Assembly: GCF_018350175.1 (NCBI RefSeq)
Contig: NC_058382.1
Span: 59,708,001 to 59,772,000 of the forward strand
Source: Felis catus
Taxonomy: Eukaryota
Length of the DNA: 64,000 nucleotides
Direction of reading: 5' to 3'
Shown here: positions 36,043 to 49,739 of the stretch, in pieces
Layout of the letters: each line of letters opens with the position of its first letter
Numbering within the stretch: position 1 is the first letter of the stretch
Program-made: the position numbers and the translations under genes
Notes under the pieces: model-generated
Seen by the model: the letters and a program-made list of their open reading frames with translations, nothing else
Told to the model about the DNA's origin: nothing
The model's database searches: none

Positions 36043-37975
36043 CATATATCGGGGAGCCAGGCCTTTGGTTGGAAGAGGGAAACAGAAAAGGTGCTTTCCT
36101 TGCCAGCCTTCTGGCTGCCTCCCAGCCTGTTTGTCACAGGCTACCTCTGTGTTTCCATCAGAGCTTTAGCCATCTGGCCGCATAGTACCTTTAGAAGTCA
36201 TTGCCAAAGTGCGTGCCTGGAATGCTTGGAGACAGCCTGGTTGTCCACGGGTGGGGGTTCTGGTTACATCACCTCAGATGATGTCACACATGAAGCACGC
36301 ACATTCTCCCGTAGCGTGGTCTGGGAGGGTCTGGGCGCCCCTGTAGAGTGCAGATCCGTGTGCCATGTGCCACACTCGGGGGAGAACAGCAACCTGTAAT
36401 GACATGGGCTTGTGTGTGCATCTAGATTTCTGGGATGACCCCAAGAGACTGGTCATACCGTTTGCCTCTGGGGAGGCTGGGTCCTGTGACAGGGCGGAGA
36501 AGACCCCCCCCCCCCCCATTGCTGAGCTGGTTGGGAACCGCATGTGCGCACTGCAGGGAACAGAACCAGGCTCAGGCACGGTGGATAAGCATGTTCCAGC
36601 ACGGGACCCAGAGCTGAGCAGATGTGGGTGACCTGGCTGCAGCCACAGCTCACGTTCAACAGCGACCTCATCCAGCTCTCGCCTTCGTGGCTGCAACAGT
36701 GGCCACACCACCGGCTGCTGTGGCCTCCACACAGGAAGGAGGGTGGTGCAAAGTGCAGAAGCCACTGAGTGGGAAGGGCTTTTCCAGAAGCCTCTTCCTG
36801 ACATGCATGTGCAGTCAGCAGTGCTGGGTCCCACAGCCCAACCCCGCTGCAGGGAGGGCTGGGACATGGGGGTTTTCAGCAGGGACCTTGGTGCCCTGGA
36901 TGGACCTGGGGCCCTGGTGGGAAAGACGAAGGAAGGAAGGCATGGAGACAGGATGGGCGCCCTGTGTGCCTCTTGAATTTTGTGCTAGGAAACTCTGTCG
37001 CCTGTGTAAAACAAACTCCAGCGCTGTGTGAGGACGTGCCAGCTGCCCCCACGGCCCCCAGCTCATGTCTGTCCCGCAGCCTTGGCCTCAGCACAAAGCC
37101 CCCCATGGGAGCAGGATGCAGGCATGGTTTGGCATGGTTTGGAGAGAGGAGGCTCGAGGCAGTATGGGCTCCCCCTTCCTGCAGCGGGAGGATGGGGCTA
37201 TGCCAGGGACAGGTGAGATGGCAGATGGTGGCCGAGGGGGGTGGCAGTCTGCAAGGTAATGAGGTAGCTCATTATCAGGCAATTTTTCTTGGTGGCTGAG
37301 AGCCCAGCTCCAGGGTAACTCACTCAGCCCAGGGAGGTGAGGTCTGGACCTGGCCCTCCCTGTCTAGAGAAGGCACAGCGCTGTCTGCCTGCACAGGGTC
37401 CTGCGATGCCCCTCTGTGATGGGCCAGCGCTCCCACATCTGCTACCTAGAGACAGGTGTGCTTCAAAGGCAGATCCTGGGTTCCTCCGCCCAGAGAGGAA
37501 GATCCGGTGAATCAGAGTGGCCCAGCCACCTGCCTTTTTAGACAAGCTCCCGGGTGATTGTGATGCAGTCCAGTCCCTGGCTCGACCTGAGAACCATATT
37601 CAGAGGTTTACTGAGCGCCCATGGGGGGATGAGCACAACTCCCTTTATATGCATTAAGTTTTGTCCAGTCGTCGGGATCACCACCCAGGGGGTAACACTG
37701 TCATTAGTCCATTTCACAGACAAGGAACTAGAAACCGAGGACGTGAAGTCCTCTGGTCAAGGTCCTGCAGCTGTCCAAGAGGAGCGTCTGTTCTGGTGGA
37801 CCGGCTTGCTCTCAGGAGCAGGCAAAGCCTTGCAAAACCCCGTACCTGTGTTGCCCCGTGAAGTCCCAGCGTTCTGGAGGGCATGTCACGGCTGCTGCTC
37901 TGTAACAGAATGGCAGACCGAGGCCTTGGGCTGTGTCCCCGCTGGGAGCTCCAGACCTGCCACACAGTAGGCGCC

Positions 37976-38710
37976 TGTATTTGTCAGAGACACAGAATTA
38001 ACATTACGTAACCAATGTAGGTTTATGTATATACACATTATACCCACGTGTACACATATATATACTTATAAATCTTTCCCATGTATACTTATATTTTGTG
38101 TATTTATATATCTGTGTATATGCACACACACATGCATGTATATTTAAAAAAATTTTTTTAACGTTAATTTGTTTTTGAAAGGAGAGAGCATGAGCAGGGG
38201 AGAGGCAGAGAGAGAGGGAGACACAGAATCCAAAACAGGCTCCAGGCTCCACACTGTCAGCACAGAGCCTGATGCAGGGCTCCAACTCACGAACTGCGAG
38301 ATCATGACCTGAGCTGAAGTTGGATGCTCAACCGACTGAGCCCCCAGGTGCCCTCACACACGTATATACATTTAAGAAGGACTTGGCTCTCACGATTATG
38401 GAGGCTGGCATTCCGGGATCTGCAGGGTGGCCTGGCCCAGGCTGGGGGCCCAGAGACAGCTGGTGCTGCAGTTCTGGTGTGTTGTGTGCTGGCACAACTC
38501 CGTCTTACTTGGAGGAGGTCAATCTTTTGTTCTAGCTAGGCCTTCAACTGATCGGATGAGGCCCACCCTCATTATGGAGGGCAACCTTCTTTCCTCAATC
38601 CACCGGTTTAAATGCTAGTCTCATCTAAAAATATCCAGAATAAGGTTTGACTGAATAAATATCTGGGCGCCATGGCCCAGGCACCTTGACACATAAAATC
38701 AAACATCACA
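37976..38710 (-). mobile_element. ERVL LTR (MLT2-like) with internal TA-rich tract and nested SINE
   Basis: tgtatt.gtcagaga.acaga start, TA-rich tract, cacgattatggaggctgg, aggccttcaactgat.ggatgaggcccacc, ttgacacataaaat.aa.catcaca end. Confidence 0.8.
38145..38353 (-). mobile_element. CAN-SINE
   Basis: Antisense SINE inside the TA/CA tract of the MLT2 LTR. Confidence 0.94.
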
Positions 38711-39866
38711 GTGCCCAGTACATATTTGTCGAATGAATAAATGAAGCCCGTGGGGGCCAGGAAGGCCCAATTGTGTTAGGGCAGATTCCTCTTTAATGGG
38801 CATAAGCCTGGACATGGGGAAGCCTGCTGTGTCCGAGGCCAGCCCTTGCCCTGCTGGCCACCTCTTGCTGTGGCCTCAGCCCTGGGCTCCATTTTGCTCC
38901 CCTGCTGAGGGAGCCAAGTGTAGACCGGGGCCAGCTGGGCACCTGCTCTGCTCTGCGCCGGCAGCTGTGTCCAGCCCTGCAGGGCGGAGTGGTGGCCTCC
39001 CCGGGGCAGCCGCCAGCTTTGCCCGCGGTGGGAAGCGGCCGCGCCTGGGCACTTACCACCCCTCTGGGAGACCGTGGGGCCTTGTGTTCCACGCATGGAC
39101 CGTGAGCCTGCCAGCTCGACCTCTCTCTCCCGTTATGCAACCTGCCACCCGGGAGAGGGTTCCCAGTCGACTCTGCCATCCCCAGGGGGCACATTCAGTG
39201 CCCAGGCTACCTGTGGGGAGGCAGTCTCGGGCAGGCGGCTCTGGAGCCCGGCTTCTTGGGTTCAAATCCACACTCTGACACTGGTCGCTGTGTCCTCAGC
39301 TGTCAAGGGAGAGCGCACTGTGTGGCTGTGAGAACCCAGCGGGTAAAGCTGCAGGCCCTGGGAGGCCTGACGTGTGGAAAGGCGCCCGGGAGCCAGCACC
39401 GTCACCGTCATCGCTGCTGTGCCATCTACAGGGGCCAGCCTTCCCTCGGTCCTGCCACGGGCATCGCTGAAGTGAGGCCGTCCCCTCCCACCGTGCTCTC
39501 CCCCACAGACACCTCACCTAAGGGCCACATCAGGCCAGCCGTGAGTCCGAGTTCTGCCCACCTGCCTGCAGGTGTGGCCTCGGACAGACTGCGCGAGCCC
39601 CATTCTGCTGCTCGTCCGGCTGGACGGGAAGCACGGCCTCTCGGGGCGTCTGGTTCCTCATCTGTGACATGGGCGCGATGACAGTGGTTACTCCCTAGGA
39701 TGGTTTTGAAAACGAAGTAGGACACGGGCTCGCCCTGGAACTTGCACGTAGCAAGGACGCGAAGCACGCGCTCAGGGACCATCGACGGGGCGTGCTGACT
39801 GGAAGTCCCAGCTCCTACTTGATGGTCCCACTTACTTTCTTACACACCCGCTTAAAGTGTGCCTTC

Positions 39867-40083
39867 GGGGGTGCCTGGGTGGCTCAGTAGGTTGAGCGTC
39901 TGGCTCTTGGTTTCAGCTCAGGTCACGACTCAGCTCTTGGGTTCGAGCCCCACATCCGGCTCTGCGCTGACAGCCAGGAGCCTGCTTGGGAATGTGTGTG
40001 TCTCTCTCTCCCTCTTCCTCTGCTCCTCCCCTGCTCGTGTGCTCTCTCTCTTTGTCTCTCTGAAAATAAATAAACATTAAAAA
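39867..40083 (+). mobile_element. CAN-SINE
   Basis: TSD taaagtgtgccttc / taaagtgtgcattc; inserted into an antisense L1 3' end. Confidence 0.94.
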
Positions 40084-41530
40084 TAAAGTGTGCATTCAGT
40101 GGCGATTAGCACATTCTTGGGAGTTGTGACAACCGTCACCACTACGTACTTGCGGAACTTTTCATCACCCCAGAAAGAAACCCCGTCCCGATCAGCAGGC
40201 ACTCCCCATTCCCCTCCCCAGCCCCCGGCCACCACGACCCTGCTCTGTGTCTCTGGAGGTGCCCCACCCCCCGGCACAGCTCATGTGGATGGACTCATAC
40301 AGGATGTGGCCAGCATATCCGCGTTAAGTTTTCCAGGCCCCTCCCTGTTGTGGCAGAAGGGTCAGCACATTGTTCCTTTTTACTGACAAATAACATTCCG
40401 TCGTTCCCAGACCTTGTCTATCCATTCTTCGGTTGATGGACACTTGGCTTGTCTCCTTGCATTAACTCTGAAACATATTTTTATCAGCAGACCTTTTATT
40501 GAGATACGTTGTACTGGCAAAAAGCGTGCCTATCCTCCGTGTGATGTGCGTTGGCTTCTCAGAACAAACACACTCATGGGACAGCACCCAGATCAAGGAA
40601 TAGAACATCTCCGGCCCCCTGAGCCCCCTTTCCTGTCCCCCTTGACACTGTCCCCCGACCCCCCACGCGTAAGCATCAGTGTGCCCTCCAACACGGACGA
40701 CTGGTTTCTGAGGTTTGCACAAATGAAAGGAGACCGCACGCAGATGCTGTGACATGAGATGCAGCCCTGCCGTGTGCAGTTCTGGTTTGTTCCTGTTCAC
40801 TGCTGCGTAGTATTCCGTCGTGCGGCTAGACCGCATTTACTAATCATCCTGCTGTCGATGCACAGCCAGTGGCTCCTGGTTAAGGCTGTCCCCGTCTGTG
40901 TTGCTGTGGATGTCCACCGTCGGGTGCACGTGTTCAGCTTCCACAGAGATGCCTGGCCCCACAAAGCTCTGTAACTAAAGATTCCAGAAGTGTCTGACAG
41001 GTCCAGCAACCCCAGGTCCTTGCCCTCTATTAACGTCTGCTGTGTTTACAGCTTTACTGAGATACAAGTCACAGACCGCGCAATTCATCTGTGTCGAATG
41101 TGCAGTCTGGTGGCGGTAGTGTTCTCACAGGGCTGTGCGACCATCACCACGGTCAGTTTTAGGGCATCTTCATCACCCTGAAAAGAAACCCTGTGTGGCC
41201 TCAGTAACATCCACAGGCCCCCATTCTGCCTGGCCCAGGCAGCCCCTGATTTACCCTCTGTTCCTGCATAAATGCGATCACCCCCGATTGTGTTGTCTTC
41301 ACTGGACAGAATGTTTCCCCCACGCGTGGCCCGTGTCAGGACTTCATTCCTGTTTTTGGCCGATTAATATTCCAGTGTGTGGACTAAGGTGTGGCTCACG
41401 CTTGGCTCATCCACTCAGCAGTCAGTGGTCACTTGGGTTGGTTCCACCTTTTGGCCGCTGTGAGCAATGTTGCTGTGCACATTCTGGTACAAGTCTTTGC
41501 GTGGACGCAGGTTTCTCATTTCTAGCCAGG
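40084..41530 (-). mobile_element. Cluster of antisense L1M 3' fragments
   Basis: Repeated L1 3' UTR hallmarks: aacttttcatcaccccagaaagaaaccc, tatccattcttcggttgatggacacttgg, acagctttactgagatac, cacttgggttggttccacctttt. Confidence 0.75.
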
Positions 41531-43489
41531 TGGACGCTGGTGGGGAGGGGTGCCGGCCGCAGGGGTGTGGGCAGCCCGGGAAGACTGGCGTCTGGGGGGT
41601 CAGCAGTGTCTCGAGGCGGCATCTGGCCTAGAGTCAACGGTGGGATTTGTTGCCCGTGGCCACAGCTCTGCCCCCTGAGCTGTTCTGCTTCTCTGGTGTC
41701 AGGAGTCTCCCACAAAGGACTGTCGGTGCAAATTCCCCACGCAGGTCCAGAGGCGGGGGGCAGCCTTGACTAGGTTTGTTCTTTCTAGGGAACTCCACAG
41801 AGGCCTGGCCGGAATGTTGTCCAGCCCTGAGTGGCAGTCCCATATGCTCACGTCTCGCCAAAGCCCAGCTTTTGCTTGTCGGGGAAGGTGGGACTGAAAC
41901 AGCTCCTTGGTATTCAGCCACTCACAGAAAGTTCTAGAAGTTGCCTTTGCCGTGGAGAAATGCCTTGGAACAGAGGAAGGGGCTCGGGCTGCTGTGACTG
42001 CAAAGAACACCGAGGCTGCCGGCGGGCAGGTGACACTTGGACAGAAGCATGGAGGGGTCCAAACGGGCTCTGGTCAGCGGGGGCCGCGGCTTCAGCATGA
42101 AGGCAGTGGGTGACGGGCAGTGATCACCGCTGTGCCCGCAGAGGAGGCCCTCGTCCTCGCCTGAGCTCTGTGCCTCTTGTTCAAACAGGGCACAGAGTCT
42201 GGTGGAAACCAGGCTCTGCTCAGTGGCAGGGGCTCGGACTCTGCCCCCAATTCCCTAGTGGCCTTGGGCAGGTCACTGGCCGTCCTGGTCTCAGTTTACC
42301 CATCAGCAGGAGCACGGGGTCACCCCGGTGACGTTCTGGGCTCTCCCAGCTCTCGGGAAGCGGGCCCAGGTACACAGTGTCTTTGGACAGCAACCCTCCC
42401 GGTCGGCTCTCGGGGCCTGTGGCCTTCCCGGAGGCCACGTGGAATGTGTTTATACTCTGGAGCCGAGGAATGCCTGGTCCCTGGAAGCTGGCCGCCCTGG
42501 CCAGTGCACGTGTCCGTTGGGGACCTCCCGGCTTCCGTGGAGCCCTTGGGCCTCCCAGTGGCAGGAGGGAGAAGGGACAGCTCCCAGGAAGCCCCAGACA
42601 TTTCCATCTCCACCAAGTCAGGAACTTGCCCAAAGCAGTGAGATTCTGTTTCCTCGGTTTCGTCTAAGTAGCTTTTTGTTCCACAAGCTACACTCGGTGT
42701 GCATTTGGTCAATTCACTCGCTCACTGACGCCGTGAAAATGTTGGAGTCTAAGCTCAGAAACTGTGGCTGCAGAGGCAGCGGGGACTAGCTTGTCACCTG
42801 CCCGCTGGGGTGGCCGAGTTGGGCCAGGCCTGCACCTCACCCTTGTGTGGCCTCCACGGAGTCCTCGAGAGGCCGGTATCCTTCTCTCCCCTATGAAGGA
42901 GGAAATGCCAGGGGCAGAGTGGCCAGGCTGTGGACCCAGGACTGACTGCCCCCCAGGACCTCTCTTTGCTCCACACTGCTCGTCCCCCAGACCCAACCAG
43001 GACGTGATCCTCACCTGCCTGTGCTCTGACCCTGGCCCAAGCCAGGGCGGTGTTATGGAGACCCCTGTGTGTTCTGGAAAAGCTGGGAGGGGTCCGTTCT
43101 GCCCGGAGGAGAGTGGGGAAGGCAGCACCGAGCAGGCCACCTTGTGGACCATCCTGCAGATGGCCAGATGTGGCCTGGTGACTTGGAGAGGCCATCTGCA
43201 CCGTGGCCATGATGCTGGGCATTTAGCTCCATTTAAAGAGGTCACGTTGGGCCGCTAACTTGGTAGATGGGAGGGGGCCGGGGGACTCGGGTCTTGGGGC
43301 TGGTGATACTGAGATAGTTTAGCGGTGAGGACAACAGCACCACTCACCATTGGCGGGACCCGCATGTCCCGACAGCACCAGGGCTCTGACCCGAGTAGCT
43401 CCTGGGGGGGACTGGAGGAGAACCCCAGCATTTGGAGCCCAAACCCACCAAAACCTCTGCTGCCTTGTGAGAGTGGCGGGTAGGTGGCT

Positions 43490-43915
43490 GTGTGGGCGTC
43501 CGTGGCTGCTGCGGTGTGCGCCCACGGACTTGGTGGCTCAGAACCACACAGCTCATTCTCCGGCAGGCTGGAAGTCGGAAGTCAGGGGTGGCCTCACGGG
43601 TCCAAGTGCCTGCAGGACTGGCTTCTCCTGGCGGCTCCAGGGGGACTGTTTCCTTGTATCTTCCAGCTGCTGAGGTGTCCGCACTGCTCGCCTCGTGGCC
43701 CCGGACCACATGGCCTCTGCTCTCCCTGCGTCCCCACCATGCTGCCGTCTGCCTCTCCTGCAGTCAGACCCCCTTTGGCCTCCCTTTTATAAGGCTCACC
43801 TCCCACATCCGATCCTCAGTCCCTTGGGCACACGCCCTTTGCCCTGCGAGGTCACATATCCACAGTGCAGGGATTGGGACGTGGGCGTGGTGCCAGGCTA
43901 TTATCCAGCCGACCA
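43490..43915 (-). mobile_element. MaLR LTR (MLT1-type)
   Basis: gtggctgctg..acttggtggctcagaac, ggctccagggggactgtttccttg, gaggtcacatatccacag..gggattgggacgtgg. Confidence 0.75.
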
Positions 43916-46045
43916 CAGTGGCATAATGAACCCCAGGAGGAAATGCGGCTCTATACTGTTCCTTTCCACTGACAAAGACTGCAGGTGGCCAGAGAAGGAT
44001 CTGGAAACACAAGAGTCATGGCCTGTTCTTCCTGTCGTGTAGGGTGAGCCCCAGAGCAGGCGCCCCTCTCTCAGGGCACAAATGAGCCAGAAGTGACCCC
44101 AAGGTGAGGCCCCAGGGAGGCTGGAGATCCCAACGGCAGGAGCCCTTGCTCGCATCCAGTTTATAACCACCCCCTTCCTCGACCTCGCTTGTCCCCGATG
44201 GGCCTCCTGGGCTGCCGGAGCCTTCGTCCCAGTCCCAGGGCTGGCTGCGGGCGAGTTCCTGACACTGAAAGGCATCTGTAAAATGGGTGCAGGCTGGAGG
44301 GCGTGGGACACAAAGTCAGAGAGAACCGGGCGTCCTCTGGAAGGACCCCACAGCCTCTGTGACCCCTGTCAGCCCCCCCTCCTTCACAAAGGCACCTTTC
44401 CTGACAAGGGACAATAACGTGCTTCTTGCTCTCAGCCTGGACTTGCTCAGGGGACTTCACAGCCAAGGCCACCAAAGGAAAACCCCCTGCTGGTTCTCCT
44501 CGGACTCGAGTCCTCACGTCGGGCTACGGGGGGGCAGCCCGTCCCTCAGGGAGAGGCCTTGGCACGGAAGCTGTCCGGTGACAGAGACAGATGCACTGGG
44601 GACACAGAGCCCCCGGGGTGCTGGCTGTGGCTTGCAGGCATCTGAACACCGTCCACGCTGCCGCCAGTGTGGCTGTGTCTCTCTGGGGCCGCGTCCCCAG
44701 CCGGGACGGGGTCTTTTCTTAGGAGGCGGACGCGGTGCCTTGTGGGTGGGGCAGGCCCGCTCAGCTCCGGGGGCGGGATTACTGGCCACCAGAAGGACCG
44801 CGGTTCAGAGGAGGATGGGTGAAGTGGGGTCAGAGGATGGCACGGGAAGTTGGGCGCAGATCATTTCTTGGGGCGAGACCCACAGTGGGGACCGGGAGGG
44901 TCCCACTGGGCCCGGGACGCAAACTCAGGCCCCCTTGAGGCCACATTAATTGCCAAGTTCAAGGTTTCTATGATTTGCACTCTGAAATCTCTGTCTCCAG
45001 TATTTCCCTACCGATCCCTGAGCATCCTTGTCGTGGCCTCTAACCTCTGACCTCTTCGGCTTCCCATCAGTACTGATAACAACCACCACACTGAGTGGTT
45101 GAGGGACTGCCTCGTCCCACGGCCATCTGCTGCCTCGTGCCGGAAGCAGGCCTTGGTGTGGCCCTGCCCCCCCTCCCCAGCCTGTGGGGGGCAGAGGTTC
45201 CCGTCTGCCTCCTCTCCCGGGAAGAAGCCAGGTCCACCTGATTGTCCACGGCTCTCGGGGGCACCGATGGCCCGGGAGACCCCGGTTTGGGTGACCACTG
45301 TGGTCTCTACCCACTCAGGCTTGGACGCTGGTGCCATCACGGGGGAGAGGCACTGAGTGGGCCATTTGGCTGACCTGCCCTAGCTAGCGCCCCTAAGGCC
45401 TGGTAGATTGCCCGATGCAGTGGGTGCTGCTTCCCCTGGGGGCCGAGTCGGAAGTCTCTGGAAGGAGCTGTTTGTCACAGTGATCAGCCCACCTGCACTT
45501 GGGGGGCTATAGTTAAAGTCACCTCGTCCCTGCCAGTGTGGACAGCACATCGAGTGGAGAGATGTCCTCAGAAAGAAGAGCTGCTCACACAGAGAAGGAC
45601 CAGCAGCCCCTTTCCTCCGTCCGCTTCCTCCTACCTGCTCTCAACTCAATTCCCTGCTGCCCCCAGCGGCCCTGACTTATTAATTACCTCTGCCTCCCTC
45701 CCGAGCCGCCGCCTCCAGTGCTCAGAAGCACTCTGCTACCTGCCATCGTCCCCTGCTTTAATGCCAGTGGCCCCCGGGTATTCACACGTCAGCCACTGGG
45801 CTGTGCCCCCGACCCCTGGTCAGGTTGGCACGCTGCGACTCTCCCCAGAGGCAGGGACGGTTCACCAACCAGGCTTGGAGGACTTAGTAACGGGCCCAGG
45901 CGCATGCCACTGTTTAAGCTCCGAGGCAGGATTCAAACCACAGCAGGGTCTAATGCTCACGCCCGTGGCTGTGGGGTCTTTTTTCACGGATGGTTGGAGC
46001 AGCTGGATGGAGGTGGACACTTCTGTTTCTCTAAGTTTACAGTTG

Positions 46046-46253
46046 TTTTTTTTTTTAAACTGTGTATTTATTTTTGAGAGACAGAGCATGAGCAGGAGGA
46101 GGGCAGAGAGAGAGGGAGACACAGAATCCGAAGCAGGCTCCGGGCTCCAAGCTGTCAGCACAGAGCCTGACGCGGGGGCTCGGATCCACGCACTGTGAGA
46201 TCGTGATCTGAGCCGAAGTCGGAGACTTGACCGACTGAGCCACCCGGGTGCCC
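46046..46253 (-). mobile_element. CAN-SINE
   Basis: Perfect 16-bp TSD tgtttctctaagttta. Confidence 0.96.
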
Positions 46254-46282
46254 CTGTTTCTCTAAGTTTAGATGAGCTATAT

Positions 46283-46492
46283 CGGGGTTGGCAAACTACG
46301 GCCCAGAGGTCAAATCACGCTACTGCCAGGTTTGTGAATAAAGTTTTATTGGAACACAGCCACGCCTGTTCATTTACTTCCGGCTGGTTTGGTTCTGCGA
46401 CCCGGGAGCCCAGCAGGTGCAGCAGAGACCGTGTCTGCAAAACCGAAAATATTTACTGCCTGGCCCCTCGTAGGAAAAGTTGGCTAAGCCCC
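46283..46492 (+). mobile_element. MER58A-like hAT-Charlie element
   Basis: ggggttggcaaactacggccc..aataaagttttattggaacacagccacgcc..gaaaatatttact..ggcccc..gaaaagtt. Confidence 0.85.
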
Positions 46493-46832
46493 GAGCTGCA
46501 CATTTTGCAGGACAAAGGAAGAGGGAAAGGAACTTTTCCCTCCTGAACCCGAGTTACTTAGTGGCTTCTTCTTGAACTGGCTCAGAGAAGGATTCCCTCT
46601 TTTTCTGGAAGGCAGACGGTGTTTGATTGTCCCAAGTGTGGGGGGCACATGAATGGCCATTGTGCACTTCACTCCACTTTTTATATGAAAATTTCCGAAC
46701 TAAAAAAATAAATAATACATATAAAACATGTCAGGCTAAAAATAGTCACCTACCAATTATGTCATTGTAGGTCAGTCTTACAATAATTTTACTTTGAACC
46801 AGCCAGCTTATGTGGAAAACACAACTTCTTCT

Positions 46833-47055
46833 TCTTCTTTTTTTTTTTTTTTTTACGTTTATTTATTTTTGGGACAGAGAGAGACAGAGCATGAACGGGG
46901 GAGGGGCAGAGAGAGAGGGAGACACAGAATCGGAAACAGGCTCCAGGCTCCGAGCCATCAGCCCAGAGCCTGACGCGGGGCTCGAACTCCCGGACCGCGA
47001 GGTCGTGACCTGGCTGAAGTCGGACGCTTAACCGACTGCGCCACCCAGGCACCCC
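46833..47055 (-). mobile_element. Young felid CAN-SINE
   Basis: Same diagnostics as the copies at 9691 and 55334; 15-bp TSD aacacaacttcttct (46818-46832) / aacacaccttcttct (47056-47070). Confidence 0.96.
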
Positions 47056-47070
47056 AACACACCTTCTTCT

Positions 47071-47480
47071 GACATGACCTCCAATGAGGCTAGACACGGG
47101 CCCTCACGGGGGTAACAGGAGGGAACCGATGAAAAAGGACACGAGCAATTCACAGGGATTTAGCAAATCTTCCTGTAGGGAGGACCTCCCAAGGGTAGGT
47201 GTCACAGTGAATAAGCCTTCCAGAGATCTCTTTCAAGAGGAATATGTAAGCGCTTAGGTTGTGAAGACCGAGCAGCGAAACCCACAAGTCAACTTGGGAG
47301 AGCCCGACCCCGATACATTGTCGGGGGAGACGTGTGTCCTGGCGAAGCGATTATCAACAGCATCTGGGATGGATCCCAACCTCACACCTCGAGGTGAGAA
47401 CGAGATGGCATCTTGGGAAACGGAGGATGACGGCTCAGGAAGCGGCTCTTGACGAAGACGCCGATGTCGACCACACATGC
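47071..47480 (+). mobile_element. Fossil pogo/Tc2-family (Kanga/POGK-like) DDE transposase fragment
   Basis: 47151-47192 translates HRDLANLPVGRTSQ. After a stop and frameshift, 47201 onward translates VTVNKPSRDLFQEEY. Later PGEAIINS and an acidic WETEDD tail appear. The order matches pogo DDE_1 motifs (DL.VIPGG.TS.LQ.LDV.VNKPFKD). Confidence 0.6.
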
Positions 47481-47957
47481 AATGAATCTGAATAAAATTG
47501 ACTCACAAACTGTGAGTGGAACAAGCGTTACCTCTAAGTTAACGCGTTGAGTTAGAGCTGGTCAAGGACCGCATGGAGCCCTTGAGACGTTGACGTGGGT
47601 TCGTCCTTTTCTCAGATTAGTCGTAGTCGGGTGTTTGGTGGGTGGCCTTCAGAGGCCCAGGGCCCTTCGTGCAGTGGGCCCACTGTCCCCTGGGATGTCC
47701 AGACAGCAGATGGTCTACAGGCTGGGGAAAGCTGGACGTGGGAGGTTTCTGAGGCCAGGCCTGGAGCCACGCACGACCTGACTGCCCGATTTCCACCGGG
47801 CAAACTGTTGAGTGCCCGTGCTACCTGCCAGGGAGGCTGGGAAATGGGGTCAGCCTGTGTCCCCAGGAGTAAGAGAGAACCGTGCCCTGGACAATTCGCC
47901 AGACTCCAACACATGTTCTATGCGATCTCACTAATGATTCTAAAACTGCCTTCCTAA

Positions 47958-48145
47958 GGGGCGCCTGCGTGGCTCGGTCGGTTGAGCATCCGACTTCGGC
48001 TCAGGTCATGATCTCTTGGTTGGTGAATCTCAGCCCCGCGTCAGGCTCTGAGCTGTCAGCTTGGAACCTGGAGCCTGATTTGGATCCTCTGTCCCCCCCT
48101 CCTCTCAAATAGAAACATTAAAAAATGTTTTAAAATAAAAAAATA
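47958..48145 (+). mobile_element. CAN-SINE with shortened CT tract
   Basis: Head intact, CT region largely missing, A-rich tail; imperfect TSD taaaactgccttcctaa / taaaaatgcacttctaa. Confidence 0.9.
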
Positions 48146-49739
48146 AAAATGCACTTCTAATTTAATTAAAATTTTATAAGCATTCCTGTGACTGCTTCAT
48201 GGACATCCAAAACACTTGTATATTCATGTTGGCCCAAAACCATTTTGGAGGGTCCCATACTAGGCGTTTCCCCGGATTTGAGGCTCCCTTATATCCAGGC
48301 ACAGGTGTGATTTCTTGATTGGGAAAGAGGTCTGCCCTAGGTGAGGTGGAAAGGGCAAGCTGACGAACGGGAGGTTCCTGTGGCTGCCCGCTGGCTCTTG
48401 CCCTCCCTCGACGTCCCAGGGGACCTGCTCAGGGGGCTCGTGGCGGGACTGCACGCGTGCGCACTCGCAGTCTGACCAGCGAAGACATGGGAGGCAGGCA
48501 GATGGCATGTTTCCACGAGAAAAACACACACACGCCGATATGCACACGAGAAGGTCTGTAAGGAGACACCGCAGAGGGGAATAGTGGCGATCCCTGGGAA
48601 CAGAAACGGTAAGCCTCTATTTGGTCAAGGTGTGATTGAGCGTGCTCATGGAAAAGCCCACAAGTTGTAAGTCAGACAAGCACAGACGCGCAGCCTCCCT
48701 GCTGGGCCACCACCCCAGCTGCTGGTGCCGCGGGGTAGTTTCACCTGTTTGAACTTGGGTGCGGATCATGGAGCCTTAGCGTGTCTGGCTTCCTGCTCGG
48801 GTCGGCCACCGCCGTGTGCATGATCAGGGCGGCTCATTTCCTCCCTCGGCAGTGCAGTCGGGAGGTTTTACGTTCTTCATCATGCTTATCTGTATTTTCC
48901 CATTTTTCTACAATGCATATACATTACATAATGAAACACATTTTTAAAAATCAAAGCGGGGGGGAAGGCAAATTGGTTTCAAGGAGAATTCAAACGACAA
49001 CAAAAACGGCACTGTCCTGGGGCTTCTGGTTCAGGAAAAGCTTCAAAACATATAATTTCTGGCCAAGGCCAGCCTGTCTGGCGGCCAAATGGGGGGAGCG
49101 CGGGCAGCTGTCACCACAGGCGACGTCCTCCTCCGGTCCCATGACCCGACCCTGGCAGGCAGAGGAGGCCTGAAGCCAGGAAGGAGGCTGCCTCGCTCCT
49201 CCGCCCGGCTAAATATACGCGCCAGAGGCCCCGCTCCCAGCCTTCAGGTCTCTCCTGGCCTTTTTCTTTCCCACCCAAGCATGCGGCGAGGAGAGAAGGG
49301 GACCCACCCTCCAGAAGAATGAGTGGCCAGGCAGGAGCCGCCGCGGGGAGTGGGCACGGCTCCGTGTGCCGTGGGCAGAGGCTCACCTGAGAGTGACAGA
49401 GCTCGTCCTGACGGCCATCGTCAGAGAAAGGACGAAGCTTGTGCGGGCAGGGCCAGAGGTGGTCCTGCAGTCTGGCGGACACGTGGGGTCCGCCTCTCCT
49501 CTGGGGCCGCCGGGCTCCGGGAGGGTCTGGACCCATACCTGTCTCTTAGGGCTGTGTGAACTGTCTCCCTGGAGTCCTTCCTCTCGGTTGTCGAGTGAGC
49601 ATACGCACCGGATACACTCTGGGATTTCTTACTCGTCTGGGCTGCAAAGGAGCCAGGAAAAAGGAAAGATCATCACTGACGTACAGCTCAGAAGGGAAAA
49701 ATAGATTTATGTCTTCAAATACGTGCCCCAGGGGTTCAG

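Noticed and set aside
35363..36185. Heptad (GLLGVEL)n ORFs resembling a repeat or leucine-zipper protein
   Set aside because: They come from the 21-bp minisatellite, and the frame is broken by 1-nt deletions every 146 bp.
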